64,000 bases of DNA, from positions 50,923 through 114,922 of the IMG/VR virus record IMGVR_UViG_3300027797_000001, one strand, 5' to 3'. The position numbers and the translations under genes are program-made. This DNA comes from a virus. Shown here piece after piece: positions 42,601 to 50,572 of the stretch (the first letter of the stretch is position 1; every line of letters starts with the position of its first letter). The notes under the pieces are model-generated. The model worked only from the letters and a program-made list of their open reading frames with translations. It had not been told where the DNA came from and did not search any database.

Positions 42601-43770
42601 ATGGAAGTTGCTTTAAGTTTGTTTGGTTCTTTTATGAATGCACAAAAAGTTGAGCAAGTTGTAGATGGTAAGACACAAACAATAAGATACATTGATGCTT
42701 GGGAACAAGATGCTGATGGTATTGTAAGACTTAAAAAAGGGATACATCCAAAATGGAATAACCTACATGTTTATCATACTGTTGCAAAAGGAGATACTTT
42801 ACAAAAACTTGCTAAACAATACTATGTAACTGTAGAAGAATTAAAAGCTAAAAATAGAATTGCAAGTGATATAGAACTTGTAGAGGGTGATGAGATAGTA
42901 ATTGCTAAATCAGAAGGCTTTGACTTATTTAGAAATCAAGTTCAGGGAACGTCAAGATATCTATTTGGTGCATATGATAAATTTGGACAACCAGAAGCTA
43001 ATAAATATTTGCTATATAGACTATGGGTATTCATGAGAAAATGGTTTACAACAATGTTTGTAAATAGATTTGGATCTCAAGTTATCTTTACTGAAGGTAA
43101 AAAATTACCAACATTAGTTGCAAGATATGACTGGGCATTAGGTAAAACTAAAAAAGGATACTATGTTACTGGGTTTCAGTTCTTAGTTGATATGCTTAAA
43201 ACAAAAGGTCAGAATATTAAGTATATGAGGGAAGAAGAAAAGGTTGCTTTTAGAAAACTATCTGCAGAGGGATTGTTTATCATAGCATCTGCTTTAATTG
43301 TGTCAGCATTATTTGGATATGATGAGGATGATGAAGATAAGTGGAAAAAAATAGCTGAAAGATCAGAAGCATTTGGTACTGATGGTTATAATACTTATGG
43401 ATTCTTAACTAATCACGCATTACTATTATTACTAGGAACACAAGCTGAGACTACAGCGTTTATTCCACTACCAAAAATAGGAGGAATTAACCTTGGTGCT
43501 GATGATTATATCAAAATGGTTACTCAAACATCTACAGCATTTAATAATACTATACAGTTGTACATAGAAATTTTCTCAGACTTTTTAAATATGGTTACCT
43601 TCAATGGTGCATCTAGATATAAAAGAGATGCTGGACCATATCCTTGGGAACAAAAGGATGATTTAAAAATTATTGATCACGTACTTAAAACTGTAGGATT
43701 TACAGGTTCTTCTGGAGACCCCGAAACTGTACTTAAAAATCTTAAAGCTTCAGGTGAAAGAGTAAGATAA
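36637..43770 (+). CDS. Giant polyvalent virion protein: two ART-like regions, HExxH zincin, LysM domain, C-terminal hydrophobic segments
   Basis: Probable start ATG 36637 (MVCNSK), just after the RNAP stop. HEFSH at 38476-38490. LysM YHTVAKGDTLQKLAKQYYVTVEELKAKN...LVEGDEIVI at 42772-42906. GLFIIASALIVSALFGY near 43270-43320. Confidence 0.8.
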   Translation: MVCNSKENSIQYLVSKGAINDVRKVIDRDLFDKLNDSLTRYAETKYGLDTMGAQLFTAATEQTRYLKDTPAYRESTYSIKRAVPNEVLFQRLDQLVTQYENRSDTDQSMFNRPLELEINADIKEVFAAFPRLASVGTLDQYREYLNSRLTFPKILVHATVVPFETFDEDLTTMKSKDLGSGLYVSDLKNNWSKYQEQNKRNISRQLRNNFEDALEDYFDMSIDDINDKYFKRVESKFINPISKLKQLLDSRSINAFEFNDQLKTIEVARQYEIFRLAIGDIKSKKTKERLSKLLDKVITPFAILDKPINQYYGYTGNSIKYVKDGYLELKGNEKESLIIEGTVNDVKQAVLKNPKDYFVLGTNPDINAFKEFVATTKDMPMMMRESSKITQDDKSYYRGQIEKPFIDKDGNLILFGREDELYKKAGLKSYGISMTDNLKTAVGYGEGQFERENLLFDDVWGYDVNTWEAEDAYNELQENGWWLIQIPKNINYEIVKEAGEVKVIGNKIIVPKGQYKIQQFADNVKETIETNDFDLPIFKFDAATIVNARSKEVATILANRLALGLKVNYYNITEAEARDILKNSKIPYQGEPAFFFAGTVYTVGDNVNLNTVLHEFSHPLLQGIRKTNKGKELFNKLYAQLDGTTEGDAIVNHLKAEYPELEEGSDRFKEEALAYALQLRAVNLVNNKIESEGFDKFIKNLLYQIKQFLKSIFGNKVNVAKLDVNTSLEELADMLLEKDFIYDTDKITYDDLVAFARYTKARVDFLTKNASKNAVTDSINSWYTSTNAVLERAKNFKGNKVTREIVKNSLLRKGTTELTPGIKRSLSGYQTINKGRQQSVDEVIEGAINAEELRIKDLTNRSTAFVSSLEITNNSIKEIENELKLLQKKKNFGGRSDIALLGLYESSLTRWYRSISDVYDILKSDFNMTTDNPFSRLLNEMSTNISESRKIIIDLYRKNTKYLFVSITGYMSDFVKDELNTELGKILKDKMSQQEYEDFFNKIIHQKLEKNDVENLTKKYGVPALFVNRLIERYNYFIINETTISDILKGKFKDVSILNRFFESYSSSTSPIVGALSIYLENQERQAEQRAWDKSSKFRKKLEGILPSVIEFNKWNTRQMLDLVTEKDTVAFFDSKEGNMIKKDVYTFLNEFGNGWRYDLDILDHAIDEARKAGDPEALKNAELALRQFKRDYMHDEYVPEYYEKDDIFNSSPIGQKAWVERKLALDEFSAEANKLHNESERFEAYGVLQELWRKYQMLYSLVNEDGTPKTGEDLEKAELLLKHRKETSKFHEFVPVPGSLQTAYNEFINLKKAEGKSQADIDELLKAWLKQNTRLVYSPKFYEERTKLLNRLQELQEKVNITGFNPSDNYKTISNLIYGFKDEQGQPDPNALGEERLEQIKQLQQEIIDFRFNFDSNSGLSREDLDELKGYVMAIKNRKLTEPEQKRYLYLIEKQTDQGLTMEEAFEMQSIFDELGELSMKVPTEYYLDQLNFNLSKFNIAAVTEDKVNEYINSDEFKELVKTDENFYNWFLLNHVNKKVFKKGVGLTNVFERTLANSVTVPKNASMIETTTIIDESTGEEINLMGVPNSRHSIYTVKDQYRSIPFGLTAEEKKKYVGKIIDNKGNFLPRLYDGTKTGAKTDKYINKRYFDLKRSNSAQFQVIETIKQYFLEAQEGKANMAKLYLDLPRYAIDNIVESFQAGKYLDRYQQAKAGLSEFWDTTFGKATRNAQDTFNYNPEFNLVNTDMDGDQVTYIPVSGLYNIDADKVSPDVFQSIMKYALSLEIHDTLLQNLPLAESIVEVFSSPEAQPKAINKYRRDIFKATGELKEANAKTGTNQMLGQLNSLIERQFYGVHNQDLSEKYPRITKAINAMQKASSTASLAINIPSDLKNKYGAMVQLIIEAAGAEFVNLKDLAAGRLWAFKAMTSWSSKTGIYAVGPGSFTTQLVEMFDPTFRGRDNTGRSVSRSLYKDLVNGEWMYMHRKFGEMEVALSLFGSFMNAQKVEQVVDGKTQTIRYIDAWEQDADGIVRLKKGIHPKWNNLHVYHTVAKGDTLQKLAKQYYVTVEELKAKNRIASDIELVEGDEIVIAKSEGFDLFRNQVQGTSRYLFGAYDKFGQPEANKYLLYRLWVFMRKWFTTMFVNRFGSQVIFTEGKKLPTLVARYDWALGKTKKGYYVTGFQFLVDMLKTKGQNIKYMREEEKVAFRKLSAEGLFIIASALIVSALFGYDEDDEDKWKKIAERSEAFGTDGYNTYGFLTNHALLLLLGTQAETTAFIPLPKIGGINLGADDYIKMVTQTSTAFNNTIQLYIEIFSDFLNMVTFNGASRYKRDAGPYPWEQKDDLKIIDHVLKTVGFTGSSGDPETVLKNLKASGERVR

Positions 43771-43782
43771 AAAAAAGGAAGA

Positions 43783-43980
43783 TTATCTCTTCCCCTTCTT
43801 AACTTTTTTAAGTTTACTTATATCAACTCCTACAAGATTACTTGTATCAAGTTTAAACTTACCAAGTGTACCTTCTTTGTCTTTGCTTACAAGAACATAG
43901 CTACTATCTTCTGATATAAAGTTGATATACAACTCTTGACCATTGAATTCAATTTTCATTTTTCTTTTTGTTTTTGACAT
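43783..43980 (-). CDS. Small basic hypothetical protein
   Basis: 65 aa ORF preceded by a TAACTTTG element; convergent with the virion block. Confidence 0.65.
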   Translation of the reverse strand: MSKTKRKMKIEFNGQELYINFISEDSSYVLVSKDKEGTLGKFKLDTSNLVGVDISKLKKVKKGKR

Positions 43981-44002
43981 TATTTGTTGGTTTTAGGTTA
44001 TT

Positions 44003-44010
44003 CAAAGTTA
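44003..44010 (-). promoter_or_regulatory. Bacteroidota-type -7 promoter element (TAnnTTTG)
   Basis: Minus strand reads TAACTTTG about 22 nt upstream of the ATG at 43980. Confidence 0.55.
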
Positions 44011-44012
44011 AG

Positions 44013-44046
44013 AAAAAAAAGGGGGAACAGCAATAGCCATTCCCCC
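44013..44046 (-). terminator. Rho-independent terminator
   Basis: Minus strand GGGGGAA-TGGCTATTGCTG-TTCCCCC followed by T8, downstream of the 408 aa gene. Confidence 0.8.
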
Positions 44047-44087
44047 AATTTTAGTGATAATAAAACATAACCTGATAAACAGGATCT

Positions 44088-45314
44088 TTAGAAGAAGTCT
44101 GATGAATCATTATCTTCATCATCATTGATGTTAAAGATTAAGTCATCAAAATTTGCTGCTCGTACAGCATCTTCTTCATATTCTTTAGCATTTTCTTCTA
44201 TACTCATATAAGAAGAATTCTCACCTGTATACTCCTGATTCTCATCTGGAGCATAAGTAGGTGCATCATCTTTATCTGATTCTAGTGGTAAATTCATCCA
44301 ATCATTTAGGTCTTCTTCATCTTCTGGATCTTCCAATTGGTTAGTATAACTAACCACCTCATTGTGAAAATCTCTTGTTTCAAAAGTATTCCCTGCAGGG
44401 TCAGTATAAAGAATTGATACTTCTTCAGCTTCTTCTGCATGTTTGTATCTAAGATCTTCATCCATTAGATCTGCTTCTAGATCTGCTTCAGCTGCAGCAA
44501 TTTGATCTAATAAATTAGTTTGATTAGGATCAACAAAAACTGTCTCAGCTTCAACAACTACAGGAGCAGGTGCAACTATCTGTGCAGATGGTGTGCACTG
44601 TTGGAAATTATTCACAGTAGAAATAAAATAATGCAAGACTCTTTGATCTTCCATCCAAGTCTTAGGATGTGAATGCTGTAATGCAATAGTCACATAGTTA
44701 TAGAATGCCCATAAGCTATTACTATCAGCATAAACATGACTTGGTCTATCCATTTGTTGTCTTACAATACTAGATTGCTCTGTAGTAAGAATCTGATACT
44801 CCGCAAATAGGATACCTAGTAGCTGAGCTTGTTTTCTCTTGTTTAGAGTAATACCTTTCATAGATTCTTTGTCAGAACATAGCTGATTATAATACATGTG
44901 TGCATTAGCTATTTGATCTTGTATGGTTTTAACTGTCTCTTCATCCGCAGTACCAGTATGTTTACGAGCCCAGCTTCCCATATCCCCACATACCATAGTA
45001 GTACCTGTTAGGTTGATATAGCCACCCACACCACATTTAAATCTCACTTGTTTGTTATAACTGTTTGTCCATGCAAACATCATAGATAGCTCAGGGTCAT
45101 TGTTAAAATTTAACTTGTAAATCCCATGAGCAATTTGTCCGTCAGCAGTACATTTGTACTCTTCACTAACAACTCCAAAGCCTGCAGCAGCAAGCTCAGT
45201 ATATACATAATCCATTACAGATTGGTGGCTAATTACAGTGTAAGTAGCAGCATGATTTGGTAAAGGCACACTAACTAAGTGCGCCTTTGTACATTCAGCA
45301 ATTTTCTTTGGCAT
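44088..45314 (-). CDS. DUF932-like protein with long acidic C-terminal tail
   Basis: TYTVISH...NSYNKQ..FKCGVG...VCG...RKHTG...SLWAFYN pattern; the last ~150 aa are strongly D/E-rich. Confidence 0.6.
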   Translation of the reverse strand: MPKKIAECTKAHLVSVPLPNHAATYTVISHQSVMDYVYTELAAAGFGVVSEEYKCTADGQIAHGIYKLNFNNDPELSMMFAWTNSYNKQVRFKCGVGGYINLTGTTMVCGDMGSWARKHTGTADEETVKTIQDQIANAHMYYNQLCSDKESMKGITLNKRKQAQLLGILFAEYQILTTEQSSIVRQQMDRPSHVYADSNSLWAFYNYVTIALQHSHPKTWMEDQRVLHYFISTVNNFQQCTPSAQIVAPAPVVVEAETVFVDPNQTNLLDQIAAAEADLEADLMDEDLRYKHAEEAEEVSILYTDPAGNTFETRDFHNEVVSYTNQLEDPEDEEDLNDWMNLPLESDKDDAPTYAPDENQEYTGENSSYMSIEENAKEYEEDAVRAANFDDLIFNINDDEDNDSSDFF

Positions 45315-45316
45315 AA

Positions 45317-47215
45317 TTAAAATAAACTAAGTTGTGTAATAATAGGTTCAAGATCACGGATCTCCTTATTGATCTTGTCCAAGTAATAATCATAATTAAT
45401 ATCATATTCACTAAAAGGTTTATCCTTATAGTCTATCATTAGAGTCTGCAACCATTTGCCAGCCTCAATTTGTATTTCTCTGTTGTCAGTATTGTTCTTC
45501 TTAATCACCTTACTACCTGTGTTAGATATAAAATATCTGATAGTATGTTGTACTTTTTCAATTAAATACTCTCCACTAACCATCTTGTGCTCATAAAAAT
45601 TCCAGTCCCCCTTGATCTTAACACCACCACAAAAATCAAATATATTTGTGATAGATTTAATATAATCTTCGGGCTTGATGCCATCTACAAAATAAGCATG
45701 TATAGCTTTAGGGATTACAAGAAAACTTTTGTTCTTATGCATAGCAAGATTAGCAAACTCAAACCTACCCTTACATTTAGATTTACCATCTTCTGTAATA
45801 GCAATGTAATTATTTACATCACCTAGGATAATCTTAGAATACTTATCATGCTCCAGCTGTAGATTGGTTAGCTTCTCCCACCTTCTGCAGATTTCCATAT
45901 ACTTGTCTTCATACTGTTTAGGGATCATTGTTTCCAAACCATCTGTGTTTTGCATAAGTGGCAAGGCATTTGGTATTTCTTCACAAATCATCTCATACAA
46001 CATAGTAAGACTAAGTTGACCATTGATAGTGATTCTCATAGTAAACTCTGGGTCATACAAGAAACTGTTTTCATCATTAGATAAACCATAGGTTGAATTC
46101 AAGATAATCTTGTACACATAGTTCTTGGGATCTTTCTTAGGAATCTTTTTCCTTTCTTCAAAGAACCATTCATACAGATTGCAGAATTCTTCTTTAGGTA
46201 AGTGTGCAGGAGCCCACTTATTTCTAATAGCTAGATTAGGATAGAAACTAGTAACATCAGATGTCATTATTATCATCTCCTGATTAGTTTCATATACTTT
46301 AGTAGAGCGTGCACCATGAACACCACCAAGACCAAAGTCTGTCTGTACACCTTTATACCTTACAGAATATTTAAAACCACCTTTAGTTTCACCCGGGTAG
46401 ATTACTACATCCTGAAACTTCTTCAAAAGATTCTGAAAGGTAGCTGTCTTAAATTCTATATAAGGTAGTATAATATCACGGACTGTGATCTTTAACCTGT
46501 TAGTTCTCATTTTTCTGAGCTCATACTTCTTTATATCAGTATGCTTACTTAGAAAATGCATGAATAACTCTTTAGATATTCTTGGCTCAGATGCGGAATA
46601 TAAATCTATCCCATACTCATCTGTTAGTTGTTTCCTCAGATCTATTTGATCTTTACACAGAAACATGATCTGCTTGGTAGACTTGACATCATTAATACAG
46701 TATCTGATTATCTCAGGTATTTGTTCTGTAGTAACTTCAGTAGTATGATGAATAGGCATATCAATAATATTGTGCCAGTCCATAGTATACTGTATCCACT
46801 TTAAGCTAGATCTTTTTGCATTGTTGTCCCAATGGTTTAGTTTGAATACATCAAGTTGTCTGATGCTTAGGTCCCTGGGAGAATACTCCTGGAACTCACC
46901 ATTGTTACTTCTATTAATTACATCTTGTGCTTTTCTATAAATAAATCTAGCAATAGTATCACCAGATTGCTCGAGAAGCTGTTCTTTATTTCTTAAGATG
47001 TGCTCAGTGATTTGGCTATCAAATCCAATACCATTAAAACTTACATGCCATTCATTATAAGCAATGTTCTTTTCTAGAAAAGTTACCAGTTCTAGAATCT
47101 CATTCTTGCTTTCGTGAATAGTAAAGATTATTGGCTCTTCAGATTTTACTCCCTCAAAGACTGCTATGAAACAAGAGCATAAAGTTTCATAGTCCATTAC
47201 ATAGTGCTGTCTCAT
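45317..47215 (-). CDS. Family B DNA polymerase
   Basis: Exonuclease DYET and FNG..FD motifs; polymerase motifs SDVTSFYPN, KIILNSTYG, QNTDG. Confidence 0.92.
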   Translation of the reverse strand: MRQHYVMDYETLCSCFIAVFEGVKSEEPIIFTIHESKNEILELVTFLEKNIAYNEWHVSFNGIGFDSQITEHILRNKEQLLEQSGDTIARFIYRKAQDVINRSNNGEFQEYSPRDLSIRQLDVFKLNHWDNNAKRSSLKWIQYTMDWHNIIDMPIHHTTEVTTEQIPEIIRYCINDVKSTKQIMFLCKDQIDLRKQLTDEYGIDLYSASEPRISKELFMHFLSKHTDIKKYELRKMRTNRLKITVRDIILPYIEFKTATFQNLLKKFQDVVIYPGETKGGFKYSVRYKGVQTDFGLGGVHGARSTKVYETNQEMIIMTSDVTSFYPNLAIRNKWAPAHLPKEEFCNLYEWFFEERKKIPKKDPKNYVYKIILNSTYGLSNDENSFLYDPEFTMRITINGQLSLTMLYEMICEEIPNALPLMQNTDGLETMIPKQYEDKYMEICRRWEKLTNLQLEHDKYSKIILGDVNNYIAITEDGKSKCKGRFEFANLAMHKNKSFLVIPKAIHAYFVDGIKPEDYIKSITNIFDFCGGVKIKGDWNFYEHKMVSGEYLIEKVQHTIRYFISNTGSKVIKKNNTDNREIQIEAGKWLQTLMIDYKDKPFSEYDINYDYYLDKINKEIRDLEPIITQLSLF

Positions 47216-47246
47216 AATAATTCAGTTAAGCTGTTTCCCCGTGTAT

Positions 47247-47274
47247 AAAAAATGGGGCAACCTAAGCCACCCCA
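47247..47274 (-). terminator. Rho-independent terminator-like hairpin
   Basis: Minus strand TGGGGTGGC-TTAG-GTTGCCCCA followed by T6. Confidence 0.7.
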
Positions 47275-47286
47275 TAGTGACCTAAA

Positions 47287-47649
47287 TTACTTAGATTTTG
47301 TTTCTGCAGCCATGAAAGACTTGTAGTCAAACTCAGAAGAATTAATACCAAAGTGCTCAACTATCTCTGTGATAGCTACTGCATCTTCAATATAAAACTC
47401 CTGAAACACTTCAATCTTATGTCTGTCTTGTTTAGTTCCTTTTGAACCAGTAAGTACTTGTCCATACTCATCTAACTTAGGAAGCATGTGTAAACTCTGC
47501 TTAGTAGTTTTAGAGATAATAACAAATACTTTTGTACCCGGATCAAAGATACATTCTACATAAGGACAATTCTCTGTGATAGGAATCATTCTGAATGTTT
47601 GGCTTTCTTGCCAACTAGATTGAACTAGCATCATACTTTTTTCACTCAT
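47287..47649 (-). CDS. Hypothetical protein
   Basis: 120 aa ORF co-oriented with the replication block; A-rich leader. Confidence 0.75.
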   Translation of the reverse strand: MSEKSMMLVQSSWQESQTFRMIPITENCPYVECIFDPGTKVFVIISKTTKQSLHMLPKLDEYGQVLTGSKGTKQDRHKIEVFQEFYIEDAVAITEIVEHFGINSSEFDYKSFMAAETKSK

Positions 47650-47674
47650 TTTTTTGATTTTTTTATAAAATTAA

Positions 47675-48235
47675 TTAAATAATTTCAATATTTTCCAAAT
47701 CTGCAACCTCAATTAACAATATCTCTCTATCTAGATCTGGTTTGTCACAGAGTTCTCCAACAGATTCTAATAGTTCCACATCTACATTTAAGATTCTTGC
47801 ATAGTCCTTGAAATGTGTTTCAGGATGCAAGAAACCTTTGACATAGGTATAATTACCACTATTTTTTTCAAAGAAGTTTAAAATTTTACGCTTTATATTA
47901 TCAGATATTTGACTGTATTTTCCATTTACAAATAGATTCCAGTCATCTTTGATATCAGAGAAATCAAATATATAAACAGCTGTATTTGAATCTATCACAA
48001 TATGATCATGAAGTCTAGTATGCTTTAGTAAAATAGATTTACTAAATGTTATATACTCTTCATCTTTTCTTATTGGATATAGACAAACAAGCTTTGCATC
48101 CTCTGGTTTAATATTGTTCCAACTGATGTAAGTTTCAGAAGGAATAACACTTGTACCACGTTTAATTTCTAAGAGCGGATACAAAAACACCTTAGACTTT
48201 TGAAAATATGTACTATAAAGCGCATCAAGAACCAT
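47675..48235 (-). CDS. Hypothetical protein
   Basis: 186 aa ORF tightly packed behind the nuclease gene. Confidence 0.75.
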   Translation of the reverse strand: MVLDALYSTYFQKSKVFLYPLLEIKRGTSVIPSETYISWNNIKPEDAKLVCLYPIRKDEEYITFSKSILLKHTRLHDHIVIDSNTAVYIFDFSDIKDDWNLFVNGKYSQISDNIKRKILNFFEKNSGNYTYVKGFLHPETHFKDYARILNVDVELLESVGELCDKPDLDREILLIEVADLENIEII

Positions 48236-48238
48236 AAT

Positions 48239-49258
48239 TTATAATTTTACATTACCCATAATTAAATCATATGGCAGTGTAAAGTCTTTGTTTTCATAAT
48301 GATATTTAGCAATATCCATTACTTCATCAAAGTCTTGTTGCCATATGGCCATTGTCTCTCTTGAGACTTGGAATGGATAAGCTTGGTTGTATTTGTCAAT
48401 TACAATAAATGTAAAGTACAACTTCCACTCAGCCAGATCGGGTAAGTCTTTTAGAAATTTATGAAACACAAGTTTTTCATATGCCACGGCTTGTAACCAA
48501 TACTTATAATACTGCACAGAGTCCGGGAATTCTAAAAGAGATTTACCCGTTGTCTTAAGGTCATTAATAAAGACTGTCTTAGATTCTTTATCTATCACAA
48601 GATTGTCTATAATTCCCTTAAAACCATAAGGTAGAGAATCTACATCTATATTTACAAGCAACTCACTGTAAACTTCTAGATGAGTATCTTCCTCTGTCCT
48701 GTCAAGTTGTAGTAGCTGTCTAATTTCCGGATTGGATTTTAGAACCATAACACCTTCTCTACAGCCACTTAGAGTAGGTTCATCAACTACTAGTTTGTCT
48801 TGACTTTCTTTTAAAAACTTAAAGTAATTTTTGTTTTCTTCTGTGAGTATCTTATCAAGTCTCTGTTGGTCTGTCTTGAGTGTCTGATAAAGGTTAGCTG
48901 TAAGTAGCTCTGTGAGTATATCTGCTGAATAGTCTTCCAAAGATAATGTATTATTTTCTACTGACAAGTGTGTCTTGAAAATATTATCAATAATTTTTTT
49001 CTGACTATCAGTTGGTTGTTTTCCCGGGAGGCTTGTAAAATAATCATCATACTTATCCTCTTCAAATAAGAGACAGTGCAGAACCCTACCTGCTACCAGA
49101 TGAGGTCCCACAATGTCTTCTCTTTTTTTGAGCACATAATGATTATAGAATGCCAAGGGAGAATAAAGAAGTTTACTCAGACTACTATAGCTGAAATAAA
49201 ACTTCTCTTTATAAAACTTCTCTAGTTCCTCAGAACCAGTCAAGGTCATTTCCTTCAT
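48239..49258 (-). CDS. PD-(D/E)XK exonuclease (RecE/Cas4-like, DUF3799-type)
   Basis: FSYSSL N-terminus, G..LHCLL, FKGIIDNL...INDLKTTG, Y.YWLQAVAY. Confidence 0.85.
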   Translation of the reverse strand: MKEMTLTGSEELEKFYKEKFYFSYSSLSKLLYSPLAFYNHYVLKKREDIVGPHLVAGRVLHCLLFEEDKYDDYFTSLPGKQPTDSQKKIIDNIFKTHLSVENNTLSLEDYSADILTELLTANLYQTLKTDQQRLDKILTEENKNYFKFLKESQDKLVVDEPTLSGCREGVMVLKSNPEIRQLLQLDRTEEDTHLEVYSELLVNIDVDSLPYGFKGIIDNLVIDKESKTVFINDLKTTGKSLLEFPDSVQYYKYWLQAVAYEKLVFHKFLKDLPDLAEWKLYFTFIVIDKYNQAYPFQVSRETMAIWQQDFDEVMDIAKYHYENKDFTLPYDLIMGNVKL

Positions 49259-50474
49259 TATTTTCTTTTATTTGATTGTTATTTGATTCTTCTTCAGGGG
49301 TCCCCTGTTCTTGATTTAACTCTTCTTCTATTGCTATTAACTCTGACTTAAGTTCATTGCGGTTAATGTTAGTTAATGCAGCTTCTATAAGTTCATCTGT
49401 TATTATTTCATCCTCTGGCTCTGTGACCTCAAGATTTTCTTCTGGTTCAGGATTAATTAAATTTAGAGAAGATAGATTAAGCTTATCAAGATATGCTTGT
49501 TTGATAGTAAATTCTTTAACTTCAAATACATCACTATAATTAATATTCCCATGAACAGAACGAGTATATTCTTTGTACAATCTCTTGATCATATCTACAG
49601 TAAGCAAACCCTTCTCATCAATGATACTTACAATTTGTTCTGCACTTCTACTACCAAGACTTCTTGTAACCCAATTAAAATAACTAAGCATTGATTTAAA
49701 GTTTACATGATTCCTAGTATGAGAGTTGCTTATCTGATGATAATAATTACTCAATAACATTTGCAAATAAAGTATGCTCTTCTCATAATGAGAGTTTGCC
49801 ATAATTTCCATAGCTAAAATATGATTGTCACTATCTGAGCTTTCAAACATACTTCCTAATTGCTGATAAACTTCTTCATCTATTATAGTAGAGTCATCAC
49901 CATTGATGTTAGTAATTAACTCTGACTCATCATAAACAGGTTTACCTTGCATTCCATTATATGCTTCTGCATACTCTTCTTCAATTGCATAAATATAACC
50001 ATTGTCATAGTGATTAGCCTCATTGCGTGCTAGACAATTTCTCATGTCTGACCAATCTGTACAAATCTTAGTGGCACCTGATGCAACAAGAGCAGTTTCT
50101 AACTTCTCAATATAATATTCATCCTTACAAATCTCTTTGACATTATTAAGAATAACTTCTGCATCTGCAATATAATACCAACTAGAACCTGTCATCTTGC
50201 CCATACTGCTCTTACCACTGAATATAACATTGGCTTTCTCTGGATCTCTGACAACTCTAATACCAAGATTTAAAGCTAAATCTTTTAGTTTTACCCGGGG
50301 AATATTTACGCCAGGTAATAAATATATCATGTCTCCCTGTTTAGGAACATATTTTTTTGCATTTACAAAATCCGGAACATTAGTTCCTAATCCTTCTATA
50401 ATTTTCACATTAAATCCACTTATCTTATCATGGTTATTATCACCATGTAATTCTATATGAACGTATTTTTCCAT
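49230..50474 (-). CDS. Hypothetical protein, possible BRCT-like N-terminal region, acidic tail
   Basis: Probable start MEKYVH at 50474, since the longer start overlaps a hairpin. IYLLPG...GIRVVRDPEKANVIF segment. Adjacent to the MoxR/vWA pair. Confidence 0.65.
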   Translation of the reverse strand: MEKYVHIELHGDNNHDKISGFNVKIIEGLGTNVPDFVNAKKYVPKQGDMIYLLPGVNIPRVKLKDLALNLGIRVVRDPEKANVIFSGKSSMGKMTGSSWYYIADAEVILNNVKEICKDEYYIEKLETALVASGATKICTDWSDMRNCLARNEANHYDNGYIYAIEEEYAEAYNGMQGKPVYDESELITNINGDDSTIIDEEVYQQLGSMFESSDSDNHILAMEIMANSHYEKSILYLQMLLSNYYHQISNSHTRNHVNFKSMLSYFNWVTRSLGSRSAEQIVSIIDEKGLLTVDMIKRLYKEYTRSVHGNINYSDVFEVKEFTIKQAYLDKLNLSSLNLINPEPEENLEVTEPEDEIITDELIEAALTNINRNELKSELIAIEEELNQEQGTPEEESNNNQIKENNEGNDLDWF

Positions 50475-50493
50475 AATTGTCTTATAAAGATTA

Positions 50494-50514
50494 GGGGAAG
50501 TATTACCCTCCCCC
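50494..50514 (-). terminator. GC-rich hairpin between the MoxR ATPase and the next gene
   Basis: Minus strand GGGGAGG-GTAATA-CTTCCCC; weak U-tract. Confidence 0.4.
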
Positions 50515-50572
50515 ATCTTAGTTATTAATTTGTTTGATGTTTGACTAAAGGGGTAACTGTTTTATCACTGTT

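Noticed and set aside
1430-42692. Short ORFs in the track that overlap the large plus-strand genes (e.g. 1430-1726, 19001-19345, 21626-22024, 29144-29479)
   Set aside because: Shadow ORFs on the antisense strand or an alternate frame of long genes, with no recognisable motifs.
45317-47215. Intein or intron in PolB, DnaB or the RNAP
   Set aside because: PolB and DnaB have compact motif spacing; no splice-junction (C...HN) or LAGLIDADG pattern was noticed in any of the three.
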